Part shown: positions 48,642 to 61,154 of the stretch, piece by piece | Numbering within the stretch: position 1 is the first letter of the stretch | Layout: each line of letters begins with the position of its first letter | Origin: Marsupella aquatica | Lineage: Eukaryota; Plantae; Marchantiophyta | DNA: 64,000 nt | Assembly: GCA_973895155.1 (NCBI GenBank) | Contig: OZ316891.1 | Location: 10,727,875-10,791,874 of the forward strand | Reading direction: 5' to 3' | Program-made: the position numbers and the translations under genes | The notes under the pieces: model-generated | Seen by the model: only the letters and a program-made list of their open reading frames with translations | The model's database searches: none | What the model was told of the DNA's origin: nothing

Positions 48642-50253
48642 GGTCAACCTTGAGTCCGGCTCTTTCCCCTTGACCTGACCAGCCCTCAGCTAGTCTAAGT
48701 CCTTAGTGTGTGTCACCAGCTTAGCGCCTTGCCTTTGCGAGCGCCACGCCCCATTGCTCACAAGTCTCCCGATGCTAAGTCCTCCTTGGATGGCCGTTCC
48801 GGGCCTGGACCATAGCGGAGCTCAGCGTCGGAGTCAGTGACGCCGGAGCTAAGTGTTAAGGTAGTCAAGTTTTGCGATTGAGTTTCATCGTTTGCACAAC
48901 ATCGATCTTCCCACAAATGACATCTTTAATGTACCAATATATTTTGCGCAATGATATTTTTCTGGCAAACAACATCTTTTACAAATGACTTCTTTGTACA
49001 ATATCATCTTTCCCACAAATACGTTTAATTAAGACAATGACATATTTTGTGCAACATCTTTGGTGCAAACAACATCTTCATGCAATCTTTTGTGCAACAA
49101 CTTCTTTGTTGCAAACAAAATCCGCAGGTTTCGGCTTAAGTTGGCATAAACTTTGTTAGTATTGAGGTTTCGGGCAAAGAGGGATGTGAAAATGGTACTT
49201 TATTCCCGTAACCCAGCACTAAGCGTGCCCGATTTTACACTTACACGTATCATAGGTATACTTTGCGTTCCACCGCCAAAATGTTCCTTAAGTCAATAGC
49301 TTGATCGACCCTGGCTTAAGGACTTCTAAGCCTTCATGTTGTCTGCCTCCAATCCGAATCCGATGATACGGGTGTCCAACCCGGGCCCGCAACTACTATC
49401 CACAGCCGACACCCAGTGCACAACTCACATAATGCGTTCGGCCAATCGTTTTCTACTTGTATACAAGATTGATGACTACAACTGGAATTCACAACATACA
49501 ATCCCGATTGACATGAAGGAAATGATGGGGAAAAGACTTTACTTCAAAATCCGTCATACACATACACACAGTTGACTCGAGTTCTTCTGAATTAGCAGGC
49601 CCAATGGCGGCTAGATGTACACTACAATGGAGCCCAACTCCGCACTCGCTCGACGAGATTAGTCATGCACCCCTTGGACCTCTCTTATTCACGAAGGTCT
49701 GGACTCCCCGCACATCCCGCGGATACCCGATTTTGAACCTAAAATCCCCCTGCCTCTACCGGGAGGTGTACTAAATACTAATTGAAGGCCGGAGTAGGAA
49801 CAACCACGATGCTCGAATCTAATCTAACCTAAATTCCTCTAACTGTCAGGCCAAAAAATGGCATGTCTTATTCTAAGATCCTACGCTAAGAGGGGTCGGT
49901 TAGATAGGACAGTGCCGCTAACCAGTTTTGGCGCTTGTCCCCAGTGTCTGACCTCCCTCTATAATCCTAACTCTATTCTAAACCTGCTCCACCACTAGTG
50001 TCTAGCAAGTTTTCCAGACCCACCCGAGTTGGACTTGGAGCGGTCGTCCCGCTGTCTCCGCAGACGGTCCATGTCTTGCTTGAGCAGTTGGACTTGATCC
50101 AAGAGAGATTTGTTCTCTTGCTTTGTTGTGTCCGTCTTCTCCGCGGTGTCTTGGCACACCTCTTCCAACTGCTAGGCGTCGCTTGTTAGCTGCGGCACTA
50201 GTTGGTCTTGCTTAGTGGCTTCTTGTAGAAGCTGTGCCACCTTTGCTTTCAGG
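48642..50253. repeat. Copy 1 of a ~1.6-kb direct repeat (copy 2 at 51897-53537)
   Basis: Colinear from ggtcaaccttgagtccggc to gccacc...ctttcagg, mostly transition differences; includes a short acaacatcttt-type tandem array at ~48895-49120. Confidence 0.92.
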
Positions 50254-50559
50254 AGGTATTTACAAAAGGCAATAAACAACAAACAATGAACTATAACAGG
50301 AACTGGTATTTAACAGCAAAATTTCCTATTATGGGTGCACATTTCTCCTCGTATTGTGGCAAAATTTTGAAAATTCGTTCTCAAAATATTGATACTTCTA
50401 CAATGCCAAATACTAGCGCTAGACGGTTATAGCCAAAGCAATCATACATGCATCATGCCGAGTACTAGCGCCGGGGGTTCAAACCATAAATAATCAAACA
50501 TCCATCGCCCAAACATGTTGAATACTAGCATCGGGCGCTGCTTTGTGAAGCAAATCACA

Positions 50560-51728
50560 AGAACATATGAGTGATGTTTAGGCTGAGGTTTTGATAAGAT
50601 CAAAATAGAAACCAAACATAACGATCAATTTCCAAACGAGAACAGTCAAAACTCCTTCAATAACCCTATCTACGACAATCGCCACCCCCATATCTCTAAC
50701 AATATGAGGATTATGAACATTCGGGTAACACCTTACATTGGAACTTTGAAGATGGCCTTCCAGCGAATCAAAAAGGAGTAAAACAAGATCAATGGAATTT
50801 GCAACAACCAATGTCCGGAACTTAAAATGTTTAATATCCCTGAGAGAATAGTATGTTTATGAGGCACTTGGATTTCCCGTTATTGGTCCTCATGTCGCTA
50901 CCAGCCATCGACTGAAGGGCAAATGACCGTTGGGTGGAAATGACAAAATCCAAATGGAAACTTCCAATGTGTTTTTATGCTGGGGTATCTTTTTGGGGAG
51001 CGCCGGGTGTTAGTTAAACACCGAGAGGAATGCACACCAAGGACATTACGCAAGACCCCATTACCAAGTTTGACAAAACCAATAACCATTACATGGAAGT
51101 GACAACTCTCCCTCAAACTCAATCCTGATTTACTCAATTCAATAGCGCCAGGTGCTAACAAAAACCAAGGACATAAGCGTATAGTCGAGAGGCAGCTTTA
51201 CCTCATAGAGGATAAGATTGCTACTCTTCAGTGTCAGATCCTGAGCTATCATTTTTGGAGCTATATATGGGATCTGTCAGTCGATTCAGCCTTGTCATCA
51301 ATAAACTTGGTTCTAGAAACATTGTCTACGTAGGGGTTCCTCATGAACTTCCTGTCTACTCCCCTAAGAAGCCTAAGTTTTTTTTTTTCCCAGCAGAGCG
51401 TCCTAAATTTCTTGACCTTCCTCACGACATTCTCAGCGTATGATGGCAACACAAAGGGCTTCTCCGAAGTGATGATTACATTTCGAGCCACTTTCCTCCG
51501 GAGTTGAATCCACTTTCTTTGGTTCCATTTTGACCTGTTTGAAAGAGAAACGAAAGATAACGAGGAAGTAAGTACTTAGCTGAACCAACTGGTGGAATTT
51601 GAGGCTCACCAACCATTGAAAGGATAAAGGAGCTTACGAGAGACGATGTAACTTTCTAGTTAGGCGTTCGTAAGCGGAGTGCCTTAGCCCATTATGATCG
51701 GGCTGACCCAGTGCTCAGGCCTATATAG
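50560..51728 (-). pseudogene. Decayed element-borne gene(s) with TATA box, 5'-UTR intron and interrupted ORFs
   Basis: ctatatag at 51721-51728; intron 51609-51535 (GTGAGC...ttcaaacAG); ATG at 51528 (MEPKKVDSTPEESGSKC...) with in-frame stops; further broken frames at 51160-50580. Confidence 0.45.
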
Positions 51729-51896
51729 GCTCTCAAATCCTGTCTCCGCCGGGGACCCCCGATTGGCCAAACCCGGATAGGGCCATAACTCGTGCCCCAA
51801 GCATCCGTTGCCCATGGTGTAAACTCTATTTGCCTTGGGCCCAAGAGGAGCTCTCACTCAAGCCCTCAGAACTCAAAGTCTGTTCGGGGTCCAGAC

Positions 51897-53537
51897 GGTC
51901 AACCTTGAGTCCGGCCCTTTCCCCTTGACCCAACCAGCCCTTAGCTAGTCTAAGTCCTTAGTGTGTGTCACCAACTTAGCGCCTTCAAGTTGCCTTTGCC
52001 AGCGCAACGCCCCATTACCCACAAGTCTCCCGATGCTAATTCCACCCTGGATAGCCATACCGGGCCTGGACCATAGGGGAGCTCAGCGTTAGAGTCAGCA
52101 ACGCCGGAGCTAAGTGTTAAAGTAGTCAAGTTTTGCGACTGAGTTTCATCGTTTGCACAACATTGATCTTCCCACAAATGACATCTTTAATGTACCAACA
52201 TATTTTGTGCAATGACATTTTTCTGGCAAACAACATCTTTTACAAATGACTTCTTTGTACAATATCATCTTTCCCACAAATACGTTTAATTAAGACAATG
52301 ACATATTTTGTGCAACATCTTTGGTGCAAACAACATCTTCATGCAATCTTTTGTGCAACAACTTCTTTGTTGCAAACTAAATCCGCGGGTTTTGGCTTAG
52401 GTTGGCATAAACTTTGTTAGTATTGAGGTTTTGGGCAAGGAGGGATATGCAAATGGTACTTTATTCCCGTAACCCAATGCTAAGTGCTCCCGATTCTACA
52501 CTTACACGTACCATAGGTATACTTTGTGTTCCGCCTCCAAAATGTACCTTAAGTCAATAGCTTGATCGACCCGCCTTAGCTTAAGGACTTCTAAGCCTTT
52601 GTGTTGTTCGCCTCCGATCCGGATCCGATGATACGAGTGTCCAACCCAGGCCCATAACTACTATCCACAGGTTGACACCCTGTGCACAGCTTGCATAATG
52701 TGTTTGGCCAAGTGTTTTCTACTTGTATATGAGATTGACAATTGCAACTGGAATTCACAACATACAATCCCGATTTACACGAAAGAAATGATGGGGAATT
52801 TAAGACTTTACTTCAGAATTCGGCATACACATACACACGGTTGACTCAACTTCTTATGAATTAGCAGGCCCAACAACGGCTAGATGTACACTACAATGGA
52901 GCCCAGCTCCGCACTCGCCCGACGAGATTAGTCATACACTCACCCCTAAGTGGTGCTCTCTTATTCATGAAGGCCGAGACTCCCCGCACATCTCGCAGAT
53001 ACCTGGTTCTCAACCTAAAATCCCCCTGCCTCTACCGGGGTGTGCACTAAATACTAATTGAAGGCCGCAGCAAGGAAGAGCCACGACGCTCAAATCTAAT
53101 CTAACCTAAATTCCTCTAACTGTCAGGCCAAGAAACAGCGTGTCTTATTCTAAGATCCTACGCTAAGAGGGGTCAGTCGGATAGGACAGCGCCGCTAACC
53201 AGTTTCGGCGCTTGTCCCTAGCGTCTGACTTCCTTGTCTTATCCTAACTCTATTCTAAACCTGCTCTACCGCTAGTATCTGGCATGTTTGCCACACCTAC
53301 CCGAGTTGGACTTGGAGCGGCCGTCCCGCTGTCTCTGTAGACGGTCCACAACCTGCTTGAGCAATTGGACTTGATCCAAGAGAGATTTGTTCTCTTGCTT
53401 TGTTGTGTCGGTCCGTCTCCTCCATGGCGTCTTGGCATGCATGCCTCTTTCAACTGCTGGGCGTCGCTCGTCAGTTGTACCACCAGTTGGTCTTTCTTAG
53501 TGGCTTCTTGTAGAAGCCGTGCCACCTCACTTTCAGG
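51897..53537. repeat. Copy 2 of the ~1.6-kb direct repeat
   Basis: Matches 48642-50253 and continues into the full relic ORF to its right. Confidence 0.92.
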
Positions 53538-55969
53538 GCGTCAATTTCCATCGTATCTCTCTAGGCCCGAGCATTGGCGTCCTTCGCGTCCTTCTGCCAA
53601 GTGACAGCTTGTCCCTTCAGGCTGTCAATCTGAGTCCAAAGCCGGGAAATCTTTGCATCCTTCCCAACTCCAGCTTGCGTGGCCAACGTCGCCTTGGCTT
53701 TGGCCTTGGTGATCTGAGCCAAAGCGATCAAAAGCTAGGGCCAAAGAAGCTGAAGCTTGGTCTCTTGGTCTGAGGCTTCATTTAATAGTTTGGTTGCCTC
53801 AACCCGATACTGCTCTATCCTCCTTGTGGCCTTGGACTGTGCACGTCCTGCCCGTATTGGCGCAACCAGTTCTTGGCTAAAGAAGTGTACGCCACCTTCC
53901 AGGCCATAAACAACCCAACGTCTTGACCGACTTCTACGGAGAAGTTGCTGAGCAACCCATTCAGAAATGTACCTGGAGCAAAGTATTCCGGGTTCATTAG
54001 GTACAAGTGGCCGTTGGCTCTCGGGCACTATCCTCCTTCTATCTGGGTAGGGGTGGGGGTGGACAAATCCAGCTCCGGGGTGACAAAGACAGGGGTAGCT
54101 GGCTTGATTCGTGGAGGATGGGGGTTCTATTGGTGCCGGCATGGGGGATTAGGTGCTTCCTCCACTAGGGTTACCGGCTCGAGGTCAATTTCAATAAGGT
54201 CGGCCGCAACGGCTCGAGGGGTTAACTTAGTGTATATTTTGGGGTACCACGTGCGATCCTAGCCTAATATAAACACACCTATTTTATAATGGGAATATTC
54301 TAAAAATATTCTCTATTTTCAATACTAATGATCTATTTTACTTTATAAAAGGTATATATTAGAGAATATTCTACAAATATAGGTTTATAATACCTTCTTT
54401 TGCTTCCTACTCTTTTTAAAAATTTAGCTAATTTATATGAAAAATACCTATTTTGGATCGCACGTGGTTCCTAAGATTGTTGATAGTCAACCCCCTGAGC
54501 ACAAGGTTGCCTGGGCTTGGTACTGTGCATCCAAGGCCGCGATGATTGCCGCATCCGATACAAAAGGAGGGGCTCCAGTGGTTGGCTGCGGGGTTGAGAT
54601 GGGGACGGAAGCCACGGGTGTTGGGCTTTGCGCCTCGGTTGGGGCTGTCTCTCTCGATCCAAAAAGACCAACCTGGCCCGGGTGAGTTCAGGCTCGTTGC
54701 ATCAAGGAAGGGTTCAGCAATCAAAACGAGCATACCACTCTATGATAATCTTGATGTGGCTTGCAAGGTACGTCTTTGCACCAAGGTACAAGGTCTTCCT
54801 TTGTCGTTCCATCTCCTCGTGGAACTTCTTGACGAAGAAAGAAGCCCACTTCCTAGGCCGGTAGTTCTCGACCTGAATCACTTGGGCGACAGAGATGAGA
54901 TTAAGCCGTGCCTTGTTCAAGGACATCACTCATCCATGCCCACGGGTTTGTTGTCGGGCCTTGTCAAAGTTTTGGATGAACTCCGTCATATCTTGCCTGT
55001 AATACCTGAAAGTGTTCCAAGGGAAGGCGGCAAGGTGCTCAAACCCTTGGGTCTTCAGGTAACATGCATGCTTTGGGTGGAGAATGTTTTTGTGGACATT
55101 CTCCCCCATTCAATGCATAGTCAATATGACCACTGCGACGATGGCCACTGGTAAGCCGGATACTGAGGCCAGCTCCTTCCGCTTCTTACCCCAAGATCTA
55201 GGTGACTTGTTGAGGGGGAAAACTCCCTGTCTTCCTTATCCGGTGGTGGTGGGATTGCCACTGTCATCAGTACCGGTGCTAGGGCTGCAACCATCACCGT
55301 GTTGTCCACCGGGGCCGCCTCCTGGGTTTGGGCTTGCTAGGACGGTGGTGAGGTTCCCACCCCGAATTGATGGGTACCTGGTGGCTTGCGGACAAGTGGT
55401 GGAGGAACTTCCTTGTCCTTCAAGCCGAGGTTGACCGCGTTTACCACAAATCGGACCCAAGCGGGTGGTGCGACCGGTGGTGGAGAACGGCTTGAGGGTG
55501 CCCGAGGTGGCGTCTGCACCTGTCCTGGTACTAGAGAGTTGGCCGTAGGTGCCGCTGGAGCCGGTGCCATGATTCCTGAAGCTGAACCCGTGTAAGGTCT
55601 TGGCTGGGCTAGCGCTAGTGTTTTGGCGAATATGGTGTCAAAGTGATGTCGCTGCAAGTCTATGGTCCCTGGGATTTGGAAGACTTCATTGGGGAGGCAA
55701 AGGATGGCTTCTCCGAAGCTGATGTACTTATCCCCTTTGAAGAAGAGCTCGTAGATTTCTTTGTCCTTGCAGTACTTGCTTTTGAAGTGAAGCCCAAAGT
55801 CACAGATCGAGTGTGAACGGCCTAACAGACGGACGCGACGCTCAAAATGCTTCTCAACTGCGTACCTCTGCGGGTTGGTAGTAGCGAATGAAATGGCAAG
55901 ATGACTTCCCGTTGCAAGAAACTAGTACCAAAACCGGACAACTGAACTGGAAAGGATAGGGCCGGACAT
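53250..55969 (-). pseudogene. Long decayed transposon accessory ORF (Pro-rich, PMD/Transposase_32-like middle, coiled-coil end), probably from a Ty3/Gypsy Athila/Tat-type element
   Basis: TATAAAAG at 56073-56066; ATG at 55969 in frame with 55657-55337 (one TAG). YLKTQGFEHLAAFPWNTF...MTEFIQNFD...KWASFFVKKFHEE resembles plant mobile-domain ORFs; C-terminus LLQEATKKDQLVVQL. The family call is from motif resemblance only. Confidence 0.55.
54218..54495. mobile_element. MITE (278 bp, possibly PIF/Harbinger-like) inserted in the accessory ORF
   Basis: AT-rich core; inverted ends ggggttaact...ggtaccacgtgcgatcc / ggatcgcacgtggttcc...agtcaaccccc; flanks CGA and TGA. Confidence 0.72.
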
Positions 55970-57063
55970 ATGGTGAAGTGCGCGAGATCACTGAGGATGA
56001 GAGGAGCTGAGATCAAAGCTGGCGCGAGGCGTGAACTGGTGAGACAGAGGAGGGGAAGAGTTTGCCTTTTATACCCCTGCGGTACGTCGAGGATCAGCTC
56101 CTCCTGCTCGTGATAGGCCAAGCTCCTCACGTGCGAGGCGTAGTGGCCACTTGTTGGCTCCGGGTCGGAGCAGGTAAGGGAGCGGCTACAAGATCAGTTA
56201 TACGGACCCAAAGTCAATGGCCGTAATGCGCTCCTAATCCGGAAGTACGTCACAGGTGCTGTGCCACCCGCCCAAGCGTGAACTCCCATTATTATTAAAC
56301 CTGTCCTAAGCATCATGACTAGCTAATTTTGTGTCGTTATCCTAATAATTAACTACGGATTCCTATGTCTACTTCATACGTGCTTAACACGGATTAAGCC
56401 GTATTATTTATTACCAGTTGTGCTGGCGGCGTCACAAAAGCAAAATATTGAAAAAAAAACCTTGCAATGCTGACACGTAAAAAACACACACCGACATATT
56501 GGGAAAAAAATTTACACGCAACGACGTATTTGTTGCATAACAAAAACAAGCAGCCCAACAAAAAACACACACACACACACATAAATAATGGACAAGGACA
56601 AACACTATTACCACAAATATAAATATGCAGACCATAAAATTTCTCCCTTGTGTACATGTACATTCGAGTTAAATCCTTTTATTTCATTTGAGATGAAAAT
56701 TTACAATATCTATGGAATACAAATTTTCTGGTGGCTTTGAAACAGTAATGTTTTTCTTGCCACCAACGATGAAGCTAGTAACATTATTTTTTCACTCTGT
56801 CACGTCAGTACTATTTTTTATTTGCAGAGGGCTTGCACATGAAAAACTTTGCTTTATGAGCGTCATGCATTCAAATTAGGATTTCTGTAAGGATCGATGT
56901 GGTACGGGTGGTTGGAAAAGACACATAACAGGCGGAAAACCAGAGAAAAACCCACTGCAACATATTGTATGCCCTATCCTCTATCAGTGCTTGGCAATGT
57001 CAAGGCTCATTGGAAAGCTAGAAAATTTAGAAACTAATGATCTCCTTAATATTTGACTCAATC

Positions 57064-58180
57064 TGGTTAGAAATTAGCTCTAGTTCATAACCCTAGTTAG
57101 TTTGGCTAGGGTTAATTAGTTAACTCTTGATTTGTTGGGGATGAGATACACTTAGACCCACACATCGATCTTAGCGGGAGCAATTAAAGTGAAATATTTA
57201 AGGGTCATGTAACCATGTTTATGTGCCGGGACTAGGGGCGTCCAAGGCTCGATAGTATGCAGGTTTAGAGTTATGGGTTGGGAGCGTAAGTACACTCGAA
57301 GTACATCCTAATGGGATTATCAATCGGCGGCTTCATGATCGAAGAAGTCGGGGAGGGGTAAGGGCCAGTCCTGCAGGTTTCCCCTTGGCTCATTCTTTGC
57401 AGCCAACATTGTTTATCAATTCTCAAGAGTGGAGAGTGCAAAGTCAACTGTCAGTAGCTAGATCGAGGAGGGTCATTTGTTCAGGGATTAATGTTACTCG
57501 TTGTGGTGGAGTTCAGTTCGGATGAGCTTCGCAAACCAAGCAGCGCAAATCCGGGGATCCCTGTTCAAGAGGCCGGGCTCATGAGTTCATTGAGACTTAC
57601 AATGAAGTGAAGCCAGAACAAGCAGCGAAGGAGGGGCAAGAAGCTTGCTTGATTGTGGAAGCTTTGCCAAACAACATACGTCGAAGATGAGCTGATCGAT
57701 CAAGGAACAATTCCTTTGGACACCAAGCAATGATCTTGACCAATATATTGTTGATCTGTAAGCACTGGGTATTCAGTATTTGAGAAGCCATCTGTTGGTG
57801 TAACGACGAGCATTGGGACTTGTCAGGTAGGACTGAGCCTTGGACAAAAGCAGAGCTGCTTGGGGAGTCATCGACGACAGTAGCCATGAAGCGGAAGGAA
57901 GCCTCAACTGCAGCAGCCGCACCGGCCAAGAGGACAAGCTAGATCGGTTCAATTGCCTGGCGAAGAAGCAAGCCGAGCCGGTGAATCAGAAATTGGTCTA
58001 AAGGGGCGGAGTATTCAGACCTAATGGTGAGAGCCAAATCCACCAAGGAGGATAAATGGGTGGGGTGGGCTGCCAAGTTGGCAGTGGATTTACAGTTACA
58101 ATTTCCCAGGGACAAGGATTCCTGGTTCACGGCTATCGAGTCCAAGAAGTACACTGTCTGGATTCATGACTACGGAGGTG
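57064..58180 (+). mobile_element. Possible LTR (57064-57408) plus degraded internal sequence
   Basis: Start (t)ggttagaaattagctctagtt resembles the Copia LTR start tgttagataatgctctagtc; ends gccaaca followed by a degenerate PBS-like ttgtttatca. No clear protein motif downstream. Confidence 0.35.
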
Positions 58181-58262
58181 CCTGATTTGGACCTATTAGA
58201 ATTTGTGGGCTCTTGGGATGCACTCGGGGGCTGACTATATAGACCCCGGCCCCTCACCCGAC

Positions 58263-58620
58263 TGTGGGTGCAGGTATCAACGATGCAATCAGTAGCCTAT
58301 TCATATCTCACAATTCCTTTGCATCCACACGACGAATGTTGCTTATTAGGCTGATTTGTAATGGAGTACTGGTGTGCCGACCAACGTCGATCCAGCCATG
58401 CTGTTTCTCTTGTGAATTATCAAGCATTCGTGGAACTCTTGTCTGATTCAATGCCTCAGTTCGATTCAATGAGCCTTGAATGGTGAAATTCCGAAGGCTT
58501 AAGACATTCCCATCATTTTTTGGGGATCGAATTGAAGCTAATATATGAACCAAGACGTATAGTGTCCATTGGTCATCGATATCAAAAAGGATGATGCCTG
58601 GAAAGCCGTTCTACCTGGAA
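58263..58620 (+). pseudogene. Dispersed diverged copy of the SPRY/inverted-ankyrin junction (45858-46222)
   Basis: Begins tgtgggtgcaggtatcaacgatgcaa in both copies; colinear to tggaaag(c/t)cgttc(t/c)ac(c/t)tggaa. Confidence 0.85.
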
Positions 58621-59300
58621 GATTTAGCCCAACATCTGGAGACACTGAAAGAAAATTCGCACAGAGAAATGCAAAGACTGATAGCTCTGGGGCTCGTTTC
58701 CTCAATTGGAGGAGCAGAACCGTTTTCCAGACGAGATTCAATTCATCTCCCAACGAGATACCAAACTGTGCAAGCCCTGGGGAGCATCCAATAGGCTCAG
58801 AAGACGAGTAAGAACTCTCCAACACCCTGTCGAGCGAAGGTAGACTAATTTGCCCAGATCCACTTCAAATGTCCATGCAGCCCGAGAAGGAGGAGGATCT
58901 CGAAGCCAGGAACGTATCTAGCAAAAACATGTCAAAGGGAGGGTCTTGTCCTCCAAGAACATCCCTTGGGCGTTATCCATCTCAGCATCCTTCACCAGCG
59001 GAGACGACAGACAGAAAAGAACAATCGCCAGAATCTGGCTTTGGGCCTGTTGGTTAGCAAGAGACATACACGGCAGCGAGGGGACGTGAAAGGGGGGAGG
59101 TTGAGAGACACTGAGGTAGAAGACGGAATAGATGGACGACCTTCAGGCTCCATGGAGTCAGTGAAAAGAGACGAAGCAGCATGGACAACCTTCAGACTCC
59201 AGGAGCAATTTGGTGAACCTTTCAAAGAATTAATTGGGTAGTTTACAGGAAAGGGATAAAGTGGCAGCAAGAAGCCTAGGATGACCAGCCAAGTGGAGTG
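58621..59300 (+). mobile_element. Possible degenerate LINE ORF2 C-terminal fragment
   Basis: LIALGLVSSI/WRSRTVFQ across a frameshift resembles the LINE IW..RN..VF motif; weak. Confidence 0.3.
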
Positions 59301-61154
59301 TCCATATATGCCTCTCCTGATCAGCTGCACAGCTTAGGCGCTTCCCCACAGCAGCCTGGATTTTTGGAAGTGGGGACCAAATGCACCGCCGCGGCGTTAT
59401 AAATTGATCAAACCGTGAAGGCAATTAGTTATGCACTCACATTTTTCTTAACCTGTCTGTTTAGTCCTACTGTATCATTTCAGAAACAAAATTCGATTCT
59501 TGCTTTCATGTGCGCGGTCTTGTTGTCACGAAAATGAATTGTCTGGACTGAGATTAGTCTTTCACGGTCGGCTTAGACATCTACAGTAGGTGTATATCCT
59601 ATGTAATACAATGATAAGTACATGCCAGTCAGAAGTAAAGCAGGACCCTTAGTGTCGTGTCCTCTCTTTTCCATCTTATGTTCTTTAGTCAGTGACTCCT
59701 GTTTTGTTCTACGCTGCTCTTAGGCGCGTCCCGACTAGGGTTTACCCTGCGCTTTTTACGTTTCCTACACATTCGGGAAAACTGATGTGATTCACACAAT
59801 ACTTGCACTCACTCTTGAACTAAAGTACGTCCTACACATTTTTCATTCTCTCTTTTGGTGCAAGAGTTTATGTCGCGGTACTCAATCACACTTAGTCATC
59901 TCATGAATCTGGAAGCACTGAACCTAATGCTGTTCACTTGAATCTGAGTTCTTCAGTGGCACAGCTCTTTTAAGTGAAGCTGAAAACCAGACCTCGTACT
60001 TCTACACTGTGAATTGTTCTGAGATGATACATGTCACTCAGAGTTTCCACTTTTAGGTGGGCAACACCTGACAACTGATTCAGTGGTGTCTGCTCGATTA
60101 AATTTGTATGTCTGTTAAATGAAGGCGGTAGTGTGACTGCGGTTGAAATCCTGCTCTAACATGTTGATAACGACGTCCTAAACCCACAGTCCGCGCGGGC
60201 TGCAGCTGTCCGGGTTTTAGGGAGAATCAAGGGGACGAGAAGAGACCGTAGCAAGATAGATTATTTAGACAATGTCTAGCTGGAATACACCCAGTTTCAT
60301 TAGAGGTCTGAGGATTCACAATTCTAGACCTACCTTAATAATGCTGCTACAGCTCTTTCAGAAGTTGCAAGTATACTTAGGCAAGCAGAGGCAGACGTAC
60401 ATACTCACTCGACTTCTAAAACGGTCATGGATGTTCCTTCCCTCGTTTATATTTGATATCAAACTTCAACAGTCTGACTGGCTTTGATATTTCTCCACCG
60501 GTGCTGAACCGTCTGCCCTCTTGACTTGGATGCTTGTATCCCCTCCACTATCTCCTGCCTTGCTCTCTCATTTGTAAGTTTGCAATTAACCTCCTAATTC
60601 TCTCCAGCCAGTAAGAATAAACTGAGTGCGTGAACTGTCAGCATAGATTGGGAAATTCAAACCTTAGTTTAGCGACCTTCACCTATATATGCGTCTTCAC
60701 CTGTGACTTGGTTTAGTGATATTCAGGACCTTCTACTGCTTAAATTTGTAAAGTTTCAGAACTCAGTCAAAAGCTGTCACTCGGCACCATCAATGATTAG
60801 ATAAGCCATCGACGTGAGATGTTTCCAATTAACATTTGCAATTTCAAGCTCAGAGCTCGATCCCCTTCTCTTCTCTTGTTTGGTGACATTTAATAAATGT
60901 CCGCTGATTGCGCGCTTGTACGTTGCTGTTGTCTGCTAATTGTTGTTGCTTCTCAATCATCCTATCCTCCCACAATGGGGTGCCCATCGTCTCCTCCATT
61001 GACTACTCACTCATTGTATTTTACCCTGAATCATTACTAGAATTCCATTGCACTTCTATACTCCAAGAGTGATCGACAATAATCGACAAAATTCCCTGAT
61101 AGAAATCCTCCGCATGACAGGTTTGATCCGTTACTCCTAACCACATACTTAGAG

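Noticed and set aside
49172-49200. PPT plus LTR start (gggcaaagaggga-TGTG), making the 1.6-kb repeats LTRs
   Set aside because: No matching CA end, PBS or TSD; the repeats include the end of an ORF, which fits internal duplication better.
54546-55154. 202-aa plus-strand ORF
   Set aside because: Antisense shadow of the decayed minus-strand ORF.
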